A program made the translations under genes and the position numbers. The notes below the pieces were generated by a model. It ran no database searches. It was not told the DNA's origin and worked only from the letters and a program-made list of their open reading frames with translations. From the IMG/VR virus record IMGVR_UViG_3300021602_000281: a stretch of 20,000 nt of DNA. One strand, written 5' to 3'. Shown one piece after another: positions 7,549-14,569 of this stretch (its first letter is position 1; each line of letters begins with the position of its first letter). This stretch comes from an uncultured virus (IMG/VR IMGVR_UViG_3300021602_000281). Its lineage: Duplodnaviria > Heunggongvirae > Uroviricota > Caudoviricetes.

Positions 7549-10170
7549 TTATGCAGCAGCTTGGAATATTTTTTCGGAAAAGTCTCTATTTTCCATCATT
7601 ACTGCAATTAACCGATCCATTTTAGAAATTAGTTCACCTACATCTAATTTAACCGGTACTGTGCGACCGTCTGGCAATGGTATAACTGCTTCGGGTCCTG
7701 CTTCACCTGCAATACTTGTTCCATCTGTAATACCACCTTTGGCCATTTTTTGTATATGTCCAGGATCGCCGGGTACTGTTTTAAATCCAAATTGTTTCAG
7801 CAGGCCGGCGGAATCGAGTGCATCAAAACTATTGCGATCTATATCTAATGCTTTACCAAGGGAATGGAAACTAGCATCTGGCGATGGGGTTGTTACACTA
7901 CCAAATGTTGGAGTATTAACAGTTGGCTTGGTTTTGCCTCCGCCGCCGGCTAACCATTCATTGTACAAAGCAGTTTGTTGTGCTTGTGTGCGGAAGCCGG
8001 ACTGAAGTTTTACCGGTTTGCCATATGCCGCAAGCATTTCTTCAAAACTACCCCTAGTACCAGGATCTAATGCGTCATAATTAGCCCTGTTACCAGTTAC
8101 TCCGCCAGAAAAAGACAATAATTTATCAATGCCTTCTCTTCTTTCAGATTCTTTCTTTTCCTTATAAGTGTCACTAGTTCCCCCAGCAAGCCCTAACCTA
8201 TCTGCTATATAGTCGCCGGCCTTGCCGCCGCCGTACATGCCACCGCTAACAAGCGCGGTTGTTGCTAAAAGGCCGGTGCCACCTGTTGTAACACCTAACC
8301 CAAGAGCAGCACCGGCGCCGGCAATGGTTCCAAGGGCTTGTCCTCCGTAATGCCATGCTTTTCTACCCCAAGAGGCCTCTTCTTTTGATTTTGGTCCTCC
8401 TGTTGATTCGTTTATATATTTCCTCAACTGCGTAGCAACATCTGCAATCATCTCAGAAAAAATTGTAACTGCTTTAGATACTTGACCTGCTTCTCCAAAT
8501 AATCGTATTAATTCTGTAGTTACTTTGTGTAACGCTGTTGCCATTTCTGCTGTTTGACCTATGGTCTTGCTTGTAATTTTATCTAGTTCTTGGTGATTTG
8601 TTCTAACAATGTTTGTTAGTGCAACAACTGCGGCAGCTTCAGCATCCATTGCTTTTCTGGTATTGTCCCAGGCTGCTGTTACTGCACTATTGAGATTTGT
8701 ACGGACACCTTCACTATCGAGTTGTTGTTTAATACCCTCTGTAATAGTTTTAGTTACTTCGTCACCAGCATATTGACCTAATTGTACTAGACCTGCTAAT
8801 AGTGTAGTTTGTGCTTCAATTGCCTTTTTAGATCCTTCAACTATCCCGCCAATGGCTTTAGTTCTAGCTTCGCCTTCAAGATTTTTTGTGGCTATGATTT
8901 GGTCAATTGCTTTGTTTTGTTCCACAAAGTATGCGGCTGTCATCTGACCACTCTGTGATATCACTTGTCCGTCTAGCGCAACTTTTTCTTTATATAAATC
9001 GGCAGATTGAGCACCGTATGTTTTGCGTACTATCAATTCCGCATTCATTGTATCTTGCATACGTGTGCCGCCATCTTTTGCGTCAAGTTGTCCTAATTCG
9101 CGAAGTTTTAATCTGTATGCAATATCTTTATTTGCTTCTTCTTGTTCTTTTTGTAATTGTTCAACTGTTTGCCCAGTTATCTCTGACAACGCTTTTAAAT
9201 TAGTTAAGTATGCTCCAGAATTTTTTATTAGATAATCTTGCTGTTGAGTTGCGCTTAATCCTACACTGGCCATTTGTTTACCAAACCCAACCAATGCGCC
9301 TGAAACTTTATCATACCCCCCGTATAGTATTACAAGTTTTTTATTATGATCTGTTGCAGATGCACTCATTTTCCCAATAAGAGTAGTGGATTGGTCAACT
9401 GTGCCGCCCATTTCTGTTAAACCAACTATGTTAGTCTTAACAAATTTTGCAAATTGATCTAACCACATACCAGAATTTTTTGCTTTATCTGCTAGTCCAC
9501 CAAGTTGTCCACCAAACGTTGCACCAACTGAACTTAACTGATTATAATTATCAACATATTTCTCTGCCATTTCAAGTTGCATTTTTGCAACTTGAACCGT
9601 TAAGTCAACACCAACACCAACAACTTTTGCTACACCTTCTGATGCTTTACCAAAACTAAATCCAAATACAGAAACACCGCTAACCATTTCAGCAAGACCA
9701 GACACAACAGACTTAATGGTAGTTCCCATTAAGTCTAAAGTTGGTATTGCGCTAGTGAACAGTTTGTCGCTAGACGCAAATGCGCTAACAACGCTCAAGG
9801 AGCCTGAGGCTAATTTATTAAGTCCATCCACTGACTTATTAAATCGTTCTTGTAATTTTTTAGTTGCTTCTTCTTCTAGGGCTGTTCGTTTTGCTAAAGC
9901 TTCAGACTGATCAGTTTCTTGTTTAATTTTTTTAGCCGTTAACGTGGCCATTGTTTTAGCGTCAGCTTGATCTATTCCGCGCTGTCTTAAGTCTTTTTCA
10001 ATTGATTTTATTAATGATTGATGTGCCCTTGCCTGCTCAAGAGCCTGCAATGTAGCCGACTTTACCGCTTTGTCTGTGGCTTTAGATAATTTATCCATAC
10101 CCCCAGCAACACCTGGTAATGTAATCCCCAGTCGGTCAAATGTTTCTGCTATCTTTGGGTCTATATCCAT
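7549..10170 (-). CDS. Tape-measure-like tail protein with C-terminal M15-type peptidase domain
   Basis: 873 aa, long Ala/Lys/Gln helical region and Gly-rich hydrophobic stretch. Contains SGFRTxxQQxxLY...SFHSLGKALDI...DPGH, then a GGITxGxSIAGEAGPEAVIPL tail motif common in tape-measure proteins. Confidence 0.75.
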   Translation of the reverse strand: MDIDPKIAETFDRLGITLPGVAGGMDKLSKATDKAVKSATLQALEQARAHQSLIKSIEKDLRQRGIDQADAKTMATLTAKKIKQETDQSEALAKRTALEEEATKKLQERFNKSVDGLNKLASGSLSVVSAFASSDKLFTSAIPTLDLMGTTIKSVVSGLAEMVSGVSVFGFSFGKASEGVAKVVGVGVDLTVQVAKMQLEMAEKYVDNYNQLSSVGATFGGQLGGLADKAKNSGMWLDQFAKFVKTNIVGLTEMGGTVDQSTTLIGKMSASATDHNKKLVILYGGYDKVSGALVGFGKQMASVGLSATQQQDYLIKNSGAYLTNLKALSEITGQTVEQLQKEQEEANKDIAYRLKLRELGQLDAKDGGTRMQDTMNAELIVRKTYGAQSADLYKEKVALDGQVISQSGQMTAAYFVEQNKAIDQIIATKNLEGEARTKAIGGIVEGSKKAIEAQTTLLAGLVQLGQYAGDEVTKTITEGIKQQLDSEGVRTNLNSAVTAAWDNTRKAMDAEAAAVVALTNIVRTNHQELDKITSKTIGQTAEMATALHKVTTELIRLFGEAGQVSKAVTIFSEMIADVATQLRKYINESTGGPKSKEEASWGRKAWHYGGQALGTIAGAGAALGLGVTTGGTGLLATTALVSGGMYGGGKAGDYIADRLGLAGGTSDTYKEKKESERREGIDKLLSFSGGVTGNRANYDALDPGTRGSFEEMLAAYGKPVKLQSGFRTQAQQTALYNEWLAGGGGKTKPTVNTPTFGSVTTPSPDASFHSLGKALDIDRNSFDALDSAGLLKQFGFKTVPGDPGHIQKMAKGGITDGTSIAGEAGPEAVIPLPDGRTVPVKLDVGELISKMDRLIAVMMENRDFSEKIFQAAA

Positions 10171-10200
10171 AATTTTTATATGCGCCGTTAATTTATACGA

Positions 10201-10218
10201 TAAGTATACATATATTTA
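10201..10218. promoter_or_regulatory. Overlapping divergent late-promoter cores
   Basis: TAAGTA on plus (10201-10206) points to the gp26-like gene. TAAATA on minus (10213-10218) points to the tape-measure gene. Confidence 0.45.
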
Positions 10219-10229
10219 TGGAGTTCAAA

Positions 10230-11081
10230 ATGAACAGTTTATCAACTAATCCGCTGGCAAAGCATTTTAGACAGCCAATTTTACATATTAAACTTCCAAG
10301 CCAAGGAAAATGGTGGACAGAAGGAAGCATTGAGTTACCAGTGACCGGGGAATTGCCAGTGTATGCAATGACTGCCAAAGATGAAATCACTATAAAAACA
10401 CCAGACGCATTATTAAACGGAACTAGTACCGTGGCTGTGATCCAAAGTTGCTGCCCAAACATTAAAAATGCGTGGAAGCTGCCAATGGTAGATTTAGATA
10501 AAATATTAATTGCTATACGAATTGCCAGTTACGGCTCTGAATTGGAATTCACTTGTGTATGCCCCCATTGTAACACCAAGAACGAACACGGACTTGATAT
10601 TTCCGTAATGAGCGATAAAATTGGACTTGGGTCATGGGATACTCCAGTATTAGTGGATAATTTAGAAATTACACTATCCCCGCAGTCATACGAAAGCTAC
10701 AATAAAAACAATATAACAGCATTTGACGAAGAAAGAATTATGAAGGTTGTACAGAATGTTGAATTATCTGACGAAGAAAAAGCAAAACAGTTTGATGTAT
10801 TATTTAGAAAACTAATTGAAACTGGTCTAGCACAAGTTAGTAAAAGTATCCAGCATATTAAAATACTTGATGAAGAACCAGTGATAGTCAACGATCCTGC
10901 ATTTATTAAAGATTTTTTAAATAACTGCGATCGATCTGTTTGGGAAAAAATTAAACTTGCCATTGACAATATTAAACAAGAATCAGACTACACTCAAATT
11001 GATATAATTTGCAGTAATCTTGAATGTGAAAAACCTTTTGTAACACCTTTTACGTTTGAACAAACAAATTTTTTCGCCTAA
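10230..11081 (+). CDS. T4 gp26-like baseplate hub / tail assembly chaperone
   Basis: N-terminal IKLPSQG...VYAMTAKDEI, DLDKILIAIRIASYG, CPHC zinc knuckle and C-terminal CxxxxC...NFFA resemble gp26-family proteins. ATG 10230 has GGAG SD (alternative ATG 10218). Confidence 0.75.
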   Translation: MNSLSTNPLAKHFRQPILHIKLPSQGKWWTEGSIELPVTGELPVYAMTAKDEITIKTPDALLNGTSTVAVIQSCCPNIKNAWKLPMVDLDKILIAIRIASYGSELEFTCVCPHCNTKNEHGLDISVMSDKIGLGSWDTPVLVDNLEITLSPQSYESYNKNNITAFDEERIMKVVQNVELSDEEKAKQFDVLFRKLIETGLAQVSKSIQHIKILDEEPVIVNDPAFIKDFLNNCDRSVWEKIKLAIDNIKQESDYTQIDIICSNLECEKPFVTPFTFEQTNFFA

Positions 11082-11086
11082 GGCTT

Positions 11087-11305
11087 TTGTCTTTAGAGTC
11101 CGAAGAAATTATCCAGCTGCTTGATAAGATGGATAAAGAGACAAAAGCCTTAAAACACGATATATTAACACTATGTTGGTTTATGCGTGGAAGTATATCG
11201 TATGACGATGCTATGATGCTGTCACCCGATGACCGTGATATAATTGGCAAAATTATTAAGAGCAATTTAGAAACTACAAAAGATTCTGGGTTACCTTTCT
11301 TTTAA
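11087..11305 (+). CDS. Small gp51-like baseplate/tail assembly protein, possibly a -1 frameshift extension of the upstream ORF
   Basis: Segment LCWFMRGSISYDDAMMLSPDDRDII follows the gp26-like gene. No clear SD, and the start would be TTG 11087 or ATG 11129. The frame is open from 11060 through the slippery site. Confidence 0.65.
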   Translation: MSLESEEIIQLLDKMDKETKALKHDILTLCWFMRGSISYDDAMMLSPDDRDIIGKIIKSNLETTKDSGLPFF

Positions 11306-11420
11306 GAAGTTTTGATATATCCATAACACCGGCCCATTAAAGCTAGTGTTTTTATTTTTACTATATGTATGCCAGCTGTAAACTTATAATAGTATACTAC
11401 TATATTGATATAACCTCACC

Positions 11421-11426
11421 TAAATA
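11421..11426 (+). promoter_or_regulatory. TAAATA late-promoter core
   Basis: About 40 nt upstream of the small membrane-protein ATG. Confidence 0.5.
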
Positions 11427-11467
11427 TTCTACTGTCAGAGATGATGGTATTTAAAAGGAGATTTATA

Positions 11468-11701
11468 ATGGATATTCTTAATACGATTAAGAAGTGGGCT
11501 AGTACATTAGCAGACACAGGAGTTAGTATCATCGCTCTTGCTATTGTGCTAGAAGTTCTATTTAAAGGAGTAGCAATTCCTTTCTTTCCAGCAGTATCAG
11601 TAACTGCAAACGTTACATCGATTGTAGCGTCAATTGGGTCACAAGGTCTTGTGGGCTTAGTGGCTATTTGGGTGCTTTATAGCATCTGGAAAAACAAATA
11701 A
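11468..11701 (+). CDS. Small membrane protein (77 aa, 2-3 hydrophobic segments)
   Basis: AAGGAG SD 7 nt before ATG 11468. Hydrophobic stretches GVSIIALAIVLEVLF and GLVGLVAIWVLYSIW, with a basic C-terminus. Confidence 0.8.
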   Translation: MDILNTIKKWASTLADTGVSIIALAIVLEVLFKGVAIPFFPAVSVTANVTSIVASIGSQGLVGLVAIWVLYSIWKNK

Positions 11702-11721
11702 TCAATCTGTTGATCTAAAAT

Positions 11722-11770
11722 AAGAGGAATATCCCATTCGTAGTATATCTGCGAGTGTTATATTCTTCTT
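11722..11770 (+). terminator. Long imperfect hairpin 3' of the membrane-protein gene (terminator/stabiliser candidate)
   Basis: AAGAGGAATAT-CC-CATTCGTAG-TATAT-CTGCGAGTG-TT-ATATTCTTCTT. It has three G-U pairs on the plus strand and is followed by a T-rich tract. Confidence 0.5.
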
Positions 11771-11849
11771 TCTATTTCGAGACTTACTACGTAAGTCTAT
11801 TGATATCGCTATCGCTCATCAATTTATTTTTTTAATTGTTTTTGTTTTT

Positions 11850-12260
11850 AGATAGTATCATCCAGATTAATTGGTCACACTTTGCCCGCACTGGGCAAAG
11901 ATAAGATCTGTAGCATCATCCGAGTAGCACAGTCACTTAGCGTTACAACATTACAGAGGCGGTTGTCCGGTACCTCGAGTTGTGTCTTTATACAACGGCG
12001 GTCCACAATATATACGCTAACATACTTGTGAACGTGTAGCATCACTGCTACGTCTTTTTAGCCTTTAATTTTTTTCAAACAATCAAACCGCGGCGATTAG
12101 CGATCTTCGTCCTGTTAAGGATAGTGATTGAGTGCTCTTTTACAGCGAAGAGTCTTCCGTCCCTGTGATCCGAGATCCAGTTGTCGTGGGCATCCGTGCT
12201 TAGCCGATGCTAGCCTATACTGTATTTGCGTTCTGAGCCGGACTTTGTGTCGGAAGTGAT
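11850..12260 (-). ncRNA. Candidate large structured non-coding RNA (family not recognised)
   Basis: No ORF of 60 aa or more. About ten adjacent stems, with G-U pairs and a GUGA tetraloop that favour the minus strand, and a 7-bp loop-distal complementarity. Boundaries are approximate. Confidence 0.6.
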
Positions 12261-12262
12261 TG

Positions 12263-12691
12263 TTACAACTTGTTTATGATATGGGAGCCATGGACACGAA
12301 CAGAAATCTGTCCGTTATAATAATCTGTAGTTTCTAATACTTTACGTTCAAATTGTTCTCTTGCTTCAATGTAACTACACTCTGCCTTACTTTTACAGTA
12401 ATACAATATTTCACGTGTAAACTTGTCAATACCCAATTTTTCTACGTCACTGTTTAATTCTAAATTTGAGCCATAATATGATTGCCAATCCGAATCAACT
12501 TTGCTTCGGATTTTCTTTTTCTTTTTGTTACCATTTTTTAACTTTACTACCTTGTACGACGTTTTACTAAACTTTGCTAATTTTTTTCCAACATATTTCC
12601 TACCAGATACAGTATTTGTAATCAAATATACAAAACCTATACAGTCTTCGGGTAGAGTTTCTACTAAGATATTTTCGTGTAGCCATGTCAT
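12263..12691 (-). CDS. GIY-YIG family endonuclease
   Basis: GFVYLITN...KYVGKK motif, YYGS segment, FTREIL, conserved Glu (YIEAREQ) and YYN. 142 aa, nuclease domain only, with a very basic insertion. Confidence 0.85.
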   Translation of the reverse strand: MTWLHENILVETLPEDCIGFVYLITNTVSGRKYVGKKLAKFSKTSYKVVKLKNGNKKKKKIRSKVDSDWQSYYGSNLELNSDVEKLGIDKFTREILYYCKSKAECSYIEAREQFERKVLETTDYYNGQISVRVHGSHIINKL

Positions 12692-12710
12692 GCATAGTAG
12701 TTATCTCTAT

Positions 12711-13721
12711 TTACCAGGTGGTGGCGTATTCTTGATTTACAACGGTTGTATTACATTTTGTTTTACATTCTTGCCATCTAAAAGTTTTAAGTTCGGTTTC
12801 CCAAAACGGGTCACCGAGTACTTCTTCTAAATTGCGAGTCTGTAAACTAAACCTTTCTGCTAGTTCCTGCCATTCATTGTTGTGACTGTATCTATTTGCA
12901 ACCCAACAACACGGAAATAATCTACCACGTGCATCAATATACAACCCTTTGTTACCAATTTCGCACAACGGTATAATTTCTTTATTGTCTTTTACTTTGT
13001 TATATAATATAGCATTAGCAACATTAAACCTAACGGTTTTTGCTATTCTGGACAAATTCTTTGTAATTCTTTCAAATCTATGTGTACTGCTCACAAATTT
13101 AGTACTTGGCTGTAAAGGATCATCAACTCCGTATATTGGATACACACTCCCAAACTTGGTAGACTTGGTAATTTGAAAAACATCCATGCCTAAATTAAAT
13201 GCTTGTTGTTCCATGGCAGCTAAATGATCTTCGTTAAACTTAAACGCAATAGCAGCCCATGTCATGCGACATGTTGAATATTTGCGTACACTTTCAATAC
13301 CATTAATTATGCTATCGTAGTCGCTGTTCACACGATATAAATTATTGCTTTGGTTATTAAATCCATCAACACTAAAATGTATGCTATCTACGCTGGTTAA
13401 TGTCTGCGCCAGCTCTTTCCACCAGGATACTTTTTTATGGGATCCGTTTGTAATAATAACAATCTCAACTGGCTTGATACTTTTGATGTATTGTATCACA
13501 GCAATTAAGTCGTGTGCATATATAGGATCACCATCGTCACCACAGAATGTAATTTTCTCTACGTTGGCTTTGATAAATTCTGGCGTAAAGTTGCGTTGAA
13601 AAAATTCTAAGTCTAACTCAGTGTTTATCAGGCTGTCTGGCACTTCTTGTCTAGCACACCTAGGACAACGTAGCGTACACTTACTGCTAATTTCAATATG
13701 AAAGTGCCACGTGGCTAACAT
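12711..13721 (-). CDS. Radical SAM protein with C-terminal SPASM/twitch-like domain
   Basis: CTLRCPRC [4Fe-4S] motif, CGDDGDP, ITNGS, FSVDG, and C-terminal C...YIDARGRLFPCC...CKTKC. Confidence 0.9.
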   Translation of the reverse strand: MLATWHFHIEISSKCTLRCPRCARQEVPDSLINTELDLEFFQRNFTPEFIKANVEKITFCGDDGDPIYAHDLIAVIQYIKSIKPVEIVIITNGSHKKVSWWKELAQTLTSVDSIHFSVDGFNNQSNNLYRVNSDYDSIINGIESVRKYSTCRMTWAAIAFKFNEDHLAAMEQQAFNLGMDVFQITKSTKFGSVYPIYGVDDPLQPSTKFVSSTHRFERITKNLSRIAKTVRFNVANAILYNKVKDNKEIIPLCEIGNKGLYIDARGRLFPCCWVANRYSHNNEWQELAERFSLQTRNLEEVLGDPFWETELKTFRWQECKTKCNTTVVNQEYATTW

Positions 13722-14569
13722 AATTGCACCTCACGTTGCCATTGGTTTGTAAAGCTATTATTGGTACCGGAACATGTTGCACGACACACAGGATGCGGAT
13801 TGGTGTTCCATGTTGCAGATACTTGTTCCATTGTGACAAATTCTGTTTGGGTACTGCCCAACCAACAGCAAGGGCTGACACGGCCTTGTGCATCTATATA
13901 AGTACTTTGCTCTTGTACTGCAATACATTGTATTGGACCCGCTTCCTGCTTGGGATCTTGCCACCCAATGGGAAACTCTAGTCCGTTAATATACGGACGT
14001 TTACTAACCTTGGCACGGAACCAAGTAAAGCCCAAGGAATGTGCAAATTCTGCACATTGGTCAACTTGATGTTGGTTGTGTGCATACACTAGCATATCCC
14101 AGTGAGCATGGCCACCTGCATCAATGAATGCTGTTACATTTTCAATTAATTTACCCCAATTGCTATTTTTACGATATATGTGATTGGTATCCGCTAGTCC
14201 ATCTATGCTGAATACAACATAGTCTCTAGGTTGATTGAGTAGTTTGCCAAGTTGGGTCCACCATTGTTTAGTTTGTAAACTCCCATTGGTATTCATACCC
14301 AATGTAATGGCGGGATTGACACTTCTAAAGTAGTTGTATATATCCACAGTATGTGCGCCAGCAGCCGGATCACCATAATTACCGCACATAAACATTTTAT
14401 CCAACTGTTGAATAAATTCTACATTAAACTTATCTTTAATCTGCTCAACAGTTAAATGATGTTTAAGTGCTTTATTGAAAGCTGGATCGGTTTCACGGGC
14501 ACACAAAGGACATGCCAATTGACAAACATCCGTTGGTTCCACATGCAGTACCTTAGGTGATATCAACAT
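13715..14569 (-). CDS. Radical SAM protein with C-terminal SPASM/twitch-like domain
   Basis: CQLACPLC motif, CGNYGDP, NTNGS, FSIDG, and YIDAQGRVSPCC...CRATC. Start taken as ATG 14569, overlapping the gp46 end (ORF track gives 14593). Confidence 0.9.
   Translation of the reverse strand: MLISPKVLHVEPTDVCQLACPLCARETDPAFNKALKHHLTVEQIKDKFNVEFIQQLDKMFMCGNYGDPAAGAHTVDIYNYFRSVNPAITLGMNTNGSLQTKQWWTQLGKLLNQPRDYVVFSIDGLADTNHIYRKNSNWGKLIENVTAFIDAGGHAHWDMLVYAHNQHQVDQCAEFAHSLGFTWFRAKVSKRPYINGLEFPIGWQDPKQEAGPIQCIAVQEQSTYIDAQGRVSPCCWLGSTQTEFVTMEQVSATWNTNPHPVCRATCSGTNNSFTNQWQREVQLC

Noticed and set aside
11390..11399. Perfect palindrome TAGTATACTA upstream of the membrane gene
   Set aside because: It is short, AT-rich and seen once, which is compatible with chance.
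12230..12252. ACAAAGTCCGGCTC on minus resembles the RNase P RNA 5' conserved region (GAGGAAAGUCCGGGC)
   Set aside because: The match is partial, and I find no complementary 3' P4 element (ACAGAACCCGGCUUA-like). The segment is explained by a local hairpin.
11702..12262. CRISPR or other repeat-spacer array, or tRNA cluster
   Set aside because: No regularly spaced direct repeats, and no cloverleaf with T-loop GTTCGA consensus was seen.
11702..12691. Group I intron containing a GIY-YIG homing endonuclease
   Set aside because: No interrupted host gene: flanking genes are complete and convergent. I could not identify P7 R/S consensus elements. A covariance search would be needed to exclude it fully.
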